Notes: generated from the sequence alone by a model not told the origin. A stretch of DNA of 61,230 nucleotides, filler included, from Sphacelaria rigidula (GCA_964200075.2; 10 parts of 10 records of this genome joined end to end with filler, not necessarily neighbours in it); one strand, 5' to 3'; shown: positions 1 through 12,077, numbered from the whole stretch's first letter. Numbers and translations: made by a program.

Positions 1-2247
1 GGGTGCAGTGAGTGTGTTGTGGCGGCTGCGGGGGGGGGGCGATGCATGCGAGGTCGGAGCGCGAGGGAGGTGGCAAGGTAACCTTCCTACTTCAGTGCTG
101 GATAGGTATTACTTTGGGATGTACATTCCGTGTCGTTTCCAATCCACAGAATGATAAAAGGGACTACCGGCTACGTAAACACTGGATTACAACCATAAAC
201 ACGTGCGCAAAGATAAAATTACACGTATTCGCTTGCCTCCCACGGGTGTTCCCCCAAAGCATACTCAGAGGCGCCTCCGTACTCCCGAGGGATCTGGTCG
301 TTGTCGATCTTGGAGAGGAGGGTAGGGTATACGTTCGCGGACGCGGCTGCAGTAATCTGGGAAGACATTTCAAAGTTGTGAAGGAGGGTGGTTAGGCAAG
401 GGTACGGGTATAGGTGAGCGAATTATGGAGCGGTCATGATCCAGGTAGACGGAGGGGGTCGTACCACCACGGTACGATCCTCAAACAAATGGGGTCCACC
501 ACATTGGCCTTCGAAAATGTAAGGTTCCACCAATATGCGATCCTCTGAGGTGAGGGATCCCACCACAGTAGAACAAAAGCTATATATCACGAGTACGATC
601 CGCAATACGAACATAAAGTAAAAGTAACTGCACTATAGAGGTACTCATCCAGTGCGCGATCCTAGTATAGTGCAGTCATGCCGGGCTGAGGACCCACCGC
701 ACTACACTGGGACCACCACCCCTGAATACTTCGTATCGTCGACCCTGGGGTACGCGATAGCGCACAGTCGCTTGAATACCCAGAGAACTTCAGGTACAGT
801 ACCCCGCATGAAAAACGTTCTGAAAGTGTTGAACGCAAGATCAACTCTCCGCGCGGCGACACAGTACAGTATACCGGCACTATAGCGTTTTGATCGTGTT
901 TTTCCCTGAAGCCAACATTTCTTCTTGTTATTACGGAAATGTGAACGAATTATCGATGCGCCGAAATATTCACACATGCAGCTTTGTTTTGCTCAAGTTT
1001 CCTCATCATCAGTGATTGACTGCTGAATACATTACCTATATGCTTTTCTACTACATCGAATGTTTTTTCTTACACGAAATATTCTTCCGGACGAGTACGA
1101 GTAGCTTTTTTTGCGTGCCTTCGAGTGCCTTTAGCAAACAGTAAAACCTAAACATATTTGGAGGGTTAGAGATCCAACTGTCAGCCAAACGTATTCGCAT
1201 AGAAGCATGTAGAAACACACAACCAAGCAGCGGCTTGAGCAACAAACCCAACCAAACACTGGACGAGATTGCCAAGGAATGGCGTTGACCGTGGGTTAGA
1301 GAAGGGAAGGGAAAACTATTCAGACGTCTGGGTGAGTAACAATAATAAATCTAAATCGACGAATGGGGACGACGAGCCGGCCTACAGTTCACGTCCACGA
1401 AATCGGTCAAACTTTTCGTGAATACGTGCCCCAGATACCAACAAGTCGCATGAGTTCAAGACAAAAACAGAACAGATTGAACCAACACACAAAAGGATAA
1501 ACCAATCACCTCCAGCTATCGTGTGACAGGAACCATCACCAAGCGAGAATAGGAAAGAGATCACACGTCCCGCTCTAAGGGGGAAGGGGAAGGAGGGGGG
1601 TTTCAGGCGTGAAGTATGAAGGAAGAATGAGCGTGAAACACGCAGTACTTGATAATTGTGTAGTACCATCAGATACGGATCTTGGAAGGGCTGACAGTCC
1701 CCAGTGCCCCTGTCGTGCACAGAGCATGTTCTCCCTTAACAACGCGCCCGAAATTGGCGCCCGGCGTCGATTCGGGGGCTGCCAACATATTTTTTGCCAA
1801 GGATACTATGCGCATATCTCCTCGCACGAGTGCTCTTGTTGTGCCCTGGTTTAGGGGTATAGGGTTAAGTTTTATCCGCGACACATTGACCAGGAGAATT
1901 CGACGAAGTCGTGCAAACTCGCCTCGTGAAAACACAGCGGTAACGGTGAGAACAAAATATTCCGCGAGAAAATATGCAAAAAACGTCAACTGGGGTAATT
2001 GGGTCAAACGAAATATTATCACCGTGTCTGCTCTCTAGAGCCAAAGGGAGAATCATTTCTTCTTCCATGTGTGGAACGTAACGATTCTTTTCTCAGCGGT
2101 AAGTAATCTTAGAATATAGTAGTACCCCTCGAGATGTGGAACAAAAGACAAGTAAAAAAATAACTATAGCGGCGACAAGCGGTCCGAGACAAGAGGGAAA
2201 CGAAAAACGTTCTTGTCCGACGATAGGCACATCACCATATACATCAC

Positions 2248-2343
2248 CTTGCTCTTGGTGGACTCTGACAGCAGCGGTCGGATGAAGCGGAAGATCCAGT
2301 CAAACCATCGCGGCCATGAAATCAGTAAGATCCCGTTGGATCG
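2248..2343 (-). CDS. Next exon of the same CRAL-TRIO gene
   Basis: Acceptor cag|CGATCC and donor AAG|gtgatg; 96 bp. Encodes RSNGILLISWPRWFDWIFRFIRPLLSESTKSK, which continues HYPE-R in frame with the 'P.WF...rPlL.e.T..K' motif. Other exons were not located. Confidence 0.85.
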
Positions 2344-2468
2344 CTGCGCAAACGGAAAAATTCGGTTGGAAGGGGGGAGAGGTATTCATCTGAAGAACAA
2401 TTGCACTACACCCCTCGTAGTTCGTTTCCTCTCTTTTCGGTACGGATTTTGAATCTCTATGAAACAAA

Positions 2469-2718
2469 TCAAGCGTCTACACGTTACATTCGTTACGTGT
2501 CACGTCGTGGCACGTTTCACGTCAAAAGTTAAGCCAAGTTAAGCCAGGCTAGTACTACGGTGGGGGACGGGGACCACGTGGGGAGCCCTCTCCAAAAATC
2601 AAGTCAAATCAGGGTTCCCCACGTGATGCCCCACCGTCGTACTAGCCTTGCTCAGCTTTTGACGACTTTCGACGTGAAACGTGAACGTAAGTAACGAGGG
2701 AGACATGTAGAACCTTGA
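2469..2718. mobile_element. Foldback element whose arms contain 5S rRNA-like sequence
   Basis: Arm 2511-2589 (cacgtttcacgtcaaaagttaagcc...aggctagtactacggtggggg...gaccacgtggggagccct) is an imperfect reverse complement of 2611-2683. The outer tcaagcgtctaca / tgtagaaccttga also pair. The arm resembles the 3' half of 5S rRNA. Confidence 0.6.
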
Positions 2719-3089
2719 AACAAATGGAGAAAAGAAGAGGGGAAAACACGTTGTTCGTATTCATCACATTTTCACTTGAATCTAGTGTGGCGGAACGGGG
2801 GTGAAGAAACTGACACATGTGTCACCCTTTGAGAAAAGGGGGCACACGACAAACATAAAAACAAAGAAATATTATCACGTTCACGTGAAACAAGCCCGTC
2901 AGAATGTAAACAAAAAGGGAGATATCGGAACAAATCGCACTGGACCCAAAAAACGCCAAACCAGCACCCTTACGAAAGACGGGAGAAGAAAACAAGGGGT
3001 TAACAATATTCCAGAACATATCGTTGATCTAGGCGAAAAAACTGCTTCCCGACTTCGGACGTGTCGCCGACGGAAATCGATTCATTTAC

Positions 3090-3245
3090 CTCGGGATAGT
3101 GAGTGGACATCATCGTGACCGCCTGCTTCACGAAGCCGACGATCTCCGCCTTCGAGCACGTGGCCAACGTCACCCCCTTCAAATCCAGCACAATCGTTGC
3201 TCGATCTGCATCGCTGGGATTGATCACTGACCACAGATACTCCAT
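3090..3245 (-). CDS. Internal exon of a CRAL-TRIO (Sec14-like lipid-binding) domain protein
   Basis: Acceptor cag|ATGGAG and donor GAG|gtaaat; 156 bp, phase 0. Encodes MEYLWSVINPSDADRATIVLDLKGVTLATCSKAEIVGFVKQAVTMMSTHYPE, matching the CRAL-TRIO 'vlDl.G....HYPE' pattern. Confidence 0.85.
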
Positions 3246-3409
3246 CTGAACCAGGCACCAAGCGGCACAACAAGAGGGTATTCAGTAGCGTAGCGCACAA
3301 TTATTGGTAATGTTCCTGCGTCTACTGTAGCACCACCAACTTTCGAACAGTATTTCAAAGCTACTGCTATTTGTAGCACAATGAGACCATCGATTAAAAT
3401 CGATGTTTT

Positions 3410-5581
3410 CACACCCTGGAAAATGAAAATACATTATGTTGTAAAAAATTGTACTGCGTGCATCACGGAACCTTCTGTGTAGTGCAATATGCTCAAAGCT
3501 AGTCGATATTGTACACGGTACCCTTTTTGACACTGTTATGGGCGCGTCTGACCCCCCAAAATGAGCCCAAAAAGTGTCACCGACCAAAAGCACGAATAGA
3601 CCGGAGATGACGTTCATCCTCTGATTATGCAGGCCGCAAAATCCCTCCAAGTACTTGTGATTTGAGTGGGGTTTTCATTTCACGCTTTCGAAGTTTTCTT
3701 GTTCCGGAGGACGAACCACGGCGTGGCTCGGCTACTCGCCGGCGTGTACTTGTCCTAGCTACAATTATTCACGTTGGTTTTACCCAAGACGTTACGGTGA
3801 TCGAGAAAATCGCAAAAAACGGATGTGTTTTTCACTTAATTCGTTGTAAAACTCGCATCCTGATGAAATAAAAACACTCAACCGGTATAATTGTAGGCGC
3901 AGATGATACAAAAGTCGCATCCCCATCGATGGCCGTGGCGATGAGTATTCTCTGGAACAGATTGGGCTGTGATCGCAAACACGCACCCCCAACCCTCACC
4001 GGTCTCGACAAAACGTGAAAACCTCACCCCTGTGTAACGGCCTCGGAATAGATGACACCCATGTATGACTCGTGATAGTGCAGATGGTTGATACATCGGA
4101 TATGTGGAATGTTGCAGAATTTGAACCCTTGACCGAGCCCCCAGAAGCAACAATCATCCTCGCGACCTCGCAGCAGCGGAGAGGACAGATTATGACACTG
4201 GCCCTAACGAAGGCATATCGAGAACTATCGGGCAAGGCGGGTGCAACGTGTTTCGCAGGCGAAGGGTGCGTTGCAAGACCTCGAATCGGCGCGCCAGGCG
4301 CCGATTTAGGCAAGAACGCGTTCTGGGACGCTAGTAGCACAGCCCCCATGAAAGATCCGGATATTGATTCTCACACCAAGATCAAGATTGACCGACTCAC
4401 GCTCCCGAATGGGAAAGTATACTGCGCCAAGACGACACAGAGTCGTCGGTCCACTTTCGCTGAAGCCACATGGCACCAAAGCCCCCATCGTGTGTTTTAG
4501 TGGACCCACCCATCATAAGACACGCATCTGTTGTATCGGCAATGGTGGGTGACGGACGACCGTTTGTTTTCATTCCCTCTTGCAAAACAACATCTTTGGA
4601 GTCCGATGAACCTCTAGACCACGAGGCTAGTCCATCTGGACCATGCATGCTTTTTTCAAGTGGAAAATGATGCCGATTCAAAATGTGACCAAACCGTCGC
4701 GGTCAAAGAGCTAGTTCATATCGTTTTCATCAGATGAAAAGCCATGCGCACGGAATGGAAAATACACTTTGAAACGCGAGCCATTCGTCCGACAAAAGTT
4801 GTGGAATCATGGCAGCCGATAAATCAAGCTCCTCAAACCATGACGAGAAGGTGGACCAACACCCGCCCAGCCCACATTACACACCCGGTGACAGTTTGTA
4901 CTCCGCTCGTCTATGTGAGGGCCGTCCTCGTTGAAGTTCATCAGCACATGTGACTTTGTCGCATGTTAAGCACATCATGTTGACCCAACTTTGATCCGCC
5001 CAAAAATGGTTCAGCTTCCTGGTTTCACTTACCGGCGTTGGGCTACAAATGTTCATGGTTGATATTACTTGATTCGGGTGCGTACAACGAGAACCGAATT
5101 TTGGTAGGGCTGACGGTCCCGTGTACTCCTCGGGTGCGCACAACGCGTATTCGTTGAAATCTGCGCCACAGAAGCCAATTTGGGGTCTACCAAGGCCTCA
5201 CTTTCTTCAGGGATTGTATGTACCGTCCTTGCCCGAGTCTTCTCAGCGTGCGTTGGGTTGGTTCAACCGAATCAGCCTCATTGCATGCCAGGGTATCGCA
5301 AGCGTGGACGAAAGGTGACGCAGTGGCATGGAATATATGAGGAACAACGGAAATAACGGTAGGGTTCTGGTTTTAGACGGCAGTCCACTTTTTTTCGATA
5401 TGAATTTTGGATCAATGCCGTTCTCTTCCGATGACGTCAGGCGCATTTCACTCCACGAGCCTGAATAAGCCGCAGAAGTCGGTCTGTTCGTGTCTGTTCG
5501 TGATATTGGTCAGTGACACTTTTTTTGCCCATTTTGGGACGTCAGACGCGCCCATAACTGTGTTCTGTTGCCCAGGGTGTG
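3410..5581. mobile_element. Non-autonomous DNA transposon with terminal inverted repeats
   Basis: cacaccctgg (3410-3419) pairs with ccagggtgtg (5572-5581). A longer inverted block, gttatgggcgcgtctgac..ccaaaatg..aaaaagtgtcac.gacca (~3530-3605), pairs with ~5480-5562. No TSD recognised. Confidence 0.65.
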
Positions 5582-6033
5582 GACGTTTCAAAACTAAAAT
5601 TGAAAAGTCAAAACCAAATTTCTTTCTGTAAGAATTGTAGTCGCATTTTCCCTACAGACAGAATCCGGAAGAACAACGGAAAATTATCAACAACGATGGA
5701 TTTGCGATCGCTCTCATCAGAGGTTGTACGGTTGATTCCACTCATCTGCTGCGAGCAGCGACAAAACGATAATCGCAATTTCGTTATTTTCCCCTGGATT
5801 GACATACGAATGTGTGTGTGTATATATACATATCTATATGATCGATAAAAACAAGAGGCTTGGCCTACCCTCTTGTCGACGAATCACTTGGAATTATATT
5901 CGAAATCATCTCATCGGGTAAAATCCTACTGGCATATCGTGAGGTGCAACGATTTTCTCCATTACCCCATCAGCCAGTGGTGTGTGGTGTGTGGTGTGAG
6001 GTGATCATGCATGCCTGTGTGGGGGGGTGGGGG

Positions 6034-6133
6034 NNNNNNNNNNNNNNNNNNNNNNNNNNNNNNNNNNNNNNNNNNNNTTAATTAATTAANNNNNNNNNNN
6101 NNNNNNNNNNNNNNNNNNNNNNNNNNNNNNNNN
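6034..6133. other. Artificial contig spacer (N44-TTAATTAATTAA-N44), first of nine
   Basis: The same 100-bp spacer, with stops in all six frames, recurs at 12167-12266, 18300-18399, 24433-24532, 30566-30665, 36699-36798, 42832-42931, 48965-49064 and 55098-55197. It delimits ten 6033-bp contigs. Confidence 0.98.
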
Positions 6134-6460
6134 GGACACAATCCCGGGGAGCGGTTGATTCTCATTTCAAAATACGTTCTCATTTTTCTGGCAACCCTGT
6201 TATATGTGCTGACACACCAGGCGGCGTATTTCGGGAGCGTGTCCCTCCATATTCACGCCAGCAACAACAGTGATCAGCTCTTACACGCAATAGCGCAAAC
6301 CTCACAAGGACGATTCCGCCGCATTTTGCAGACAGAAATCAATTTGATGTACCTCATCCAGCGTTCAGCGGTATTTGAAAACTGGTACGACATGATTGTA
6401 TATATATTTATATATATATATATATATCGCCCAACACCATGCACCATAATACACGATGAG

Positions 6461-7425
6461 TTGATTGATTGGTTGGTTGTCGCGCTTTAACTGATCCCCC
6501 GTGGATCCAGCTGTGGTCGCATGATAGACGAACCCAAGAAAAACAAAAATGAAACACTCGCTCAAGAAATGAAGGAACAGAAAAAAATCGAACAGAACGA
6601 CAAAGTAGATTATGACGTAAAAAAAAAAACAAGAAGAGAAAAGTCAACAAAAACTGAACAAAAAAAACTGAACAAATTAATTCAAAAGGGAAAAGCTGCA
6701 GACACACGCTAGTGGGCACTGCAGAGCGACCGACTAAGGACATAATCAACAATCGACATGAGCAGACAGGATTCTTGGATTGGCGGCCCTCGACGCAGCA
6801 GCAGCCTCTCGCTTTTGACGGCGGTCTGATTCTCGTTTGTCCGCGCGTCGCCTCGTGTCCTCAAGCTCTTGCGCTCCTTTTTCGACTCCAATATGCCATT
6901 TGCCCAGGCTCTTCGCCGCAGTGACCCAATCCTATGCATCCTTAACCTCTACACTGTAGACGAAACACCCCTGTCGGCCTCCTTTGTGGGGGACAGCCCC
7001 AAGTGCACGTCTTTTCTCCTTTAGGGTATTCTTCCACTGCTTGAGGGGGCGGCCGGCCTCCTTGGGTCCTCGTTTGGAAAGCCGACCGTTCATGACGCGT
7101 TTAGGTAGGCATATGTCCTTCCGCCGGACAAGGGGTCCCGCGAACCAGAGTTGACAGTTTGCGGATAGTCGTTTTGAAACGTTCGCAGAGGGCCATCTCG
7201 AGCACCGCTCTGTACGAAAGAGTCTTGCAGCCAGTTCAATTTTTCCTGCAGAATCCAACCACTTGCAGCAAGAGCTTGTGATGGGCAGTCCGCAGACTGT
7301 CGAAGTCCTCATAACGTAGCGTCCATGTGGCACATTCATACAACAGAGCTTCGACCACCCCCGCTTGATACACTTAACCTTTCAACGATCGCTCGGCCTT
7401 GGGTCGGTCGTAGAGTAGGAGCTAG
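6461..7425 (-). mobile_element. 5'-truncated, degenerate RTE-clade LINE (ORF C-terminus, 3' UTR, (CAAT/CAAC)n tail)
   Basis: Translation across a stop and frameshifts gives LYDRP..VVEALLYECATWTLR..LRTAHHKLLL..QLWFAGPLVR..LPKRVMNGRL..GPK.AGRP.KQW, typical of RTE ORF ends. Short-repeat tail at 6461-6480. Confidence 0.8.
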
Positions 7426-7435
7426 ATTTTCAACC

Positions 7436-7725
7436 TGTATAGTAGTCCACCTCTAGTACACGTACAGATGCATGAGGAGCTGCAGGTTGATGCATGGAGG
7501 TTTGAATATGAACTTTGCATTATGATATTAGGTAATGAGATATTCTATGGAGTACGACTATGACTGCTTGACAGTCTATGTATTCAAGGAGGTGCAAGGT
7601 CACTTCCGATAACGAAGACTGTATGTTCGTGAACAACAACTGTCTTGAAGTCTCCAAACCCTAGTAAGGGAGGAAGCCCTTGGAGCAGTCTTGTGACCTT
7701 GTTCTGAGTCCAGGAGGGGTCTATA
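7436..7725 (+). repeat. 5' LTR of a Gypsy-like element
   Basis: Starts TGTATAGTAGTCCACC and is homologous at its start and in its 3' half to the opposite-strand LTR at 8522-8774. A gag-like ORF follows. Confidence 0.7.
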
Positions 7726-7767
7726 ATAAACGTTTATTCAGGGAGCCCGCTGGTTTCTCGCAAAGGT

Positions 7768-8521
7768 TTGTTTCTGCTGCGAACAGTCACTGCAAAAATA
7801 TTTTTGGATTGTACACAGACAGTTGTGCAGTCTGTAACGCAAGGAAGCTTGTTGCAGCTCGTTGAAGAGAGAGACGACTACGTTGGCGGGAAGCATTGCG
7901 TGCAGCTAGAGAAGAATGGCAGCGCGCAGGAGGGAGGTGGGAGCGATGCAGGCGTTGAGGTGACGTTTAAATTTACTGAGCTTATGCTAGGTGGATCACT
8001 AGAAGCACTGGAGTACGGACGGCATTTCAGCGAAGATGCCTCTAGACGGCTGTTTCAAAAGTATAGGGATTACGAAGAGAGCGTACAACTAAGCAATAAG
8101 GGGCGGACAGTACAGGCCGCTTTATTGACCGTGACAGAACTCGTGCCCAAGCACATTCGCGCGTGTTTATCACGTACAATACTTGACGGATCGGTACTCG
8201 ATGATGAACATCTATCTGAAGCGGGCACTAGGCCGACATGCAAAATGTTGGGTTGATACAGAGATCGATCTTCCAGTTGCTGCAGCGGGTGTGCGGAAGG
8301 CGTTGGCCGCTCGCAATGAGTCGATTGCCATGGGTAGAATCGAGGGACAGTGGGGTGCCTTCGAGGAGTTTTAAAACGCGAGCGTCGAGCGCGCGTTCCG
8401 CGAGGAGGACGAGACTTTCAAAGCAGGATCCGCTCATATAATTACGGGGGAATTGCTCTCGGTCATTTGCCTCCCTGAATTCAAGACAACAGTGCTCAAC
8501 ATGCTTTACATGAAGGGGGTG
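7768..8521 (+). pseudogene. Disrupted gag-like ORF of an LTR retrotransposon
   Basis: LEALEYGRHFSEDASRRLFQKYRDYEE..ELVPKHIRACL..L..ALGRHA aligns by eye with ORF 60094-60642 (YGRKFSSEKSAEFLRKYEKY..ELMPKHIAKCL..LLFALRKHA). Both lie just inside an LTR. Frameshift near 8222; cut at 8521 by another LTR. Confidence 0.65.
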
Positions 8522-8774
8522 TGTATGAACCTGCCTGCAATCAGGACAAGGTTACAGTGCTGCTCCAGAGACTTCCTCCCAGTCACGGGCTCCAGAGACT
8601 TCAAGACTTCAAGCAGTTACACAAACGGCAATCTTCGTTAACCAGAAGTAAGCTTCTCGGGCTTTCCTCACGAAATGATATGTTACTCATCCAATAGTCA
8701 TCCTCCAAACAATCAATCCAGGATCCGCCGTATATCTACATGTTGTGTGGATACTGTAGGTGGACTACTCTACA
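8522..8774 (-). repeat. 3' LTR (TG...CA, 253 bp) of the minus-strand chromovirus
   Basis: Minus strand reads TGTAGAGTAGTCCACC...GGTTCATACA. It is preceded by a PPT-like TTTTGGAGGGTGC (8775-8787) and lies ~250 bp after the pol stop. Confidence 0.75.
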
Positions 8775-9026
8775 GCACCCTCCAAAAGTTCGCACTACTC
8801 GAAGTAGAAACCGAATTTGACAAAACAGTCAACAAGAGACAAGCATTATCAGGCCGCATCAGGTCGAATCACGATGCCCCTCCCAGTATAATCCTAACAC
8901 ACCAGCACGAACTACTCCAACATGTTAGGCAAACAATAACCGAGCGGTATACTCAATGTACACCAAATTGCATAGTAGAATCCATGAACTACGGCAACAA
9001 CCAATCACAGCTTGTAATCCAATCAA

Positions 9027-12000
9027 TCAGAGCTTGAGCCCATACTTAGCCAGCAAACGCGCCCGTACCTGCTTTGTTAGTAGCAACTTACGCAACTCAG
9101 AACGTACAAACTGCGGGGCTTCTTCCAAAATGGTTTCCAGAGGCTCCCACGAGCTCTCATCCTTGCCGAAACCTACCCATTCCACGTGTACAACGAACCC
9201 ATCGCCGTCTTGAGCCTCGGACATGTCAACGATCGCCTCCATCTCGAATTCTCCTTGCGCAAACGCATACGGGAACACCTCCTTCAGATCCGCAATGACC
9301 ACCCGCTTCTTGTCCGCGTAGTACCGTAGATGGGAGACATGCGCGTCCTTCACCTCTCCGGTGACGATATCGTACACATGCTGATGCTCCGCTGCCACGA
9401 TCCTCCACGGTCCTGTCCACGTAATTACGAGTTTTGGTGTTGTACCTGAGCGTCTAAGTCTCGCAGCCAACTCATAGTCACCCACTATGAAATTTGGCAA
9501 CTGTCTCTTCCTAGCTACACGTCGTTTCAGTTCACGAGTCTTCTCAACACGCTGCGCCACCTCCTTGTGCAACGCTTGCTGCGCCTCCTCGACTGATGCC
9601 ATCTTCTCCCGCAGCATATCCTCATCCAGCACATCCAGTCGCCACTCGCCGCCAGTCGACGATGCCAGGGTTGAAAAACTTGTGCGCGGCGCCCATCCAA
9701 ACATCACATGGTATGGCGTACTGGCGTAGCGCTCGCGGAATGCCGTGTTCAATGCCCACTGTACGGCAGGCACCAGTCCAACCCAGTCACGAACGTCGCG
9801 CCTCTCTTCCTGCAGCATGGCCTTCAAAGTGTGGACAACCTCTCGCATCATACTTTCACAAGTACCATTTGACCACGGCGAGTTGGGAACCGCGAACCTC
9901 CTGTCCAGCTTCAGCGCCTTCTCCAATGCTCGCATCACATGGTTCTTGAAATGCGATGCGGTGTCACTCACCCAGACCTCCGGCGGGCTCAACGCCTTGC
10001 AACACGCCAGCAGATGCTGCACAGTTGTTGCAGCTGTACAAGACGCGGTGGACTCCAACCACGCGAAATTGCACTGATCATACATCATTACAAATATGTA
10101 CTTTGTACCCGTCACCTTCATCCAGGCCGCTCTCGCCCAGCGGACCACTTTCACCAACGTACAGATAATCAAAATGTATAACCCCACCGGGCCGTGTGCC
10201 ATGCACTGTCTCCCCTAGTGGCCGCGGGACTATCTCACCCGCTTTCGAGCCCACACAATACAAGCATTTCCTCACAAAATCCGTCACGTGAGCTTCCATC
10301 CGAAACCAACAGCAATACTCTTGCAGCCGCTGCAGTGTCACCACAACACCCCGATGACCCGCCTCCTTCATGTGAGCACACATCATCAAGCGTGTTTGCA
10401 GCTCTTTTGCTTGCGGCGGGATCCATAACACATTCCGCCCTGCTACTGCACGCGAAATAGACCCTCACCGTCTTTTGAAACTCGCCCAACAGCTGTTGTA
10501 AAAGTAGGGGCTCCAGCAGCTATCACTCCGAACCCGGCTTGAGCCTGCTCTCGGGCCTCGCGAATAGCGTTCTTTGACGGCAGCGTTTCATCAGGCTGAC
10601 CGCTCGCAAACACGGTCGAAGCGTACACAGACATCGCCGGAACGTCTACCCACCTTGACAATAAATCTCCCCAGCAGTTGCGCTCACCAGCAATGTGCCT
10701 GATGGGGTAATCGTACTGCCCGAGCACAACCTCCCATTGCTCGAGCCTCTGGCCAGCAGTCTTGGACACAGATGCAACGCACGCCTCGGGGTTAAAAACG
10801 TATGCTAGGTTACGATGGTCAGTGAAGATATGTACCCCACCCCATAGAAGATACTCCAACCTACGGAAAGTACTTACGATCGCATAGCCTTGCTCGTCCA
10901 CCATAGCCCACCGAACCTGCGCTCGACGAAACGTTCCGCTGAGAAACCCCATCGGCTCATGGCTCATGTCTTCCACCGCCAATATACCACCCAACTCATT
11001 CATCGACACCTGCGTAAGAAAACTGCCCCAGTGTAGATCCGATGCGTCTGGAAACATGAGCACCTCATACCCCTACTTGGAATAGAACAAAGTGGCAGCA
11101 TGCGCCACCAAATCATGCGCCTCGTGCCACGCCTGAGTACGCCTGGACGTCCATGCCGACTCCTCGATTGTCCGGTTTGACGCCACTCGCTTGGTACGGC
11201 GCACGGTTCCCTGCATGTGTTCCTCCAGTAATACCCGCAGCGGCTCCACCACCTCCGCCAAACGCGGCAGGGACGTTCTCAGCCACTTGACCGCCTGCAG
11301 AAACTGCATAAGCTCGCATGCTGTGCGAGCGCGCCTAAGATTGGCCAGCCTGCTCAGTCTCTCGCGGTCATGAGCCACTTGACCACCTGAAAAGACTTTT
11401 CCGCATCACGTGATCTGTGTGTCGTAGAACAGGCACTTGTGCGCAGCCGCCAAAAGACTAGCATCCTCCAAACGGCCTAAAATCTCGTCCAGTGTACACA
11501 ACAGGTCATCCTCATCTTTACCCCACCACAAGATATCATCCACCCATACTTTGCACTGAAGTCCGGTGAGTAATCCTGTCATGATGCCTTCAAAATACCC
11601 CGTCGCATTCAATACCTCTTGGGGCACCCGTGTGGGGATAAACAGACTTTCAGGAGTCGCGATCGTGAGTATTTCTTGTGCATCAGCCGCTAACGGCCTC
11701 TGCCAGTACCCCTGCAGCATATCAATCTTGCCAAAACACGCAGCGCCCAGCAGGTCGACCATCTCCGCCTCGTGGTTAGGCATAACATTCGGAACCTTCT
11801 CAATCTGCTTGTTTACCGCGTAATAATCACTCACCAGTCGATAACCGTCCTTCTTCGGCGTCGCCATGACCGCACTCGCCCACACCGCCTGTAAGCTGCG
11901 AAATACGAGCCCAAGCGCCACCAGCATCGCCATACACCCTGCAAACCACGCGGCTTTTACAGGGGAATACACCCGCGGGCTCGCCTTGATTGCTCTAGCC

Positions 12001-12077
12001 CAAGGTTTGAATTTCACCTTCAATGGCTCTACTCGAGCAGGCGGATCACCGCGCAGTGGTCGCCGAAATGTGTTCAC
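9027..12077 (-). mobile_element. Ty3/Gypsy chromovirus pol remnant: RT, RNase H, integrase, chromodomain (frameshifted)
   Basis: RT: YRLVSDY, KIDMLQGYWQ, KVWVDDIL. RNase H: FPDASD, FTDHRNL, HIAGERNCWGDLLSR. Integrase: AH..GHRG..CLYC, HFDYLY, VSDTASHF, SNGTCE. Chromodomain: FEMEAIVD..VEWVGF...SSWEPL. Several stops and frameshifts. Confidence 0.95.

Noticed and set aside
96..879. Solo LTR (TGCTGG...CCGGCA) with an 11-bp hairpin at ~627-677
   Set aside because: Ends are suggestive but the flanks (cttcag / ctatag) do not give a convincing TSD, and there is no second copy in the window.
1729..2052. piggyBac-like MITE (ttctccctt / aagggagaa)
   Set aside because: Only a 9-bp inverted match and no TTAA duplication.
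2521..2590. Functional 5S rRNA gene
   Set aside because: Only the 3' half is similar, with indels, no 5' half and no oligo-T terminator, and it is duplicated in inverted orientation.
6078..6089. Recurrent TTAATTAATTAA palindrome as a biological site
   Set aside because: Always centred in N-runs at fixed spacing, so it is an artificial linker.
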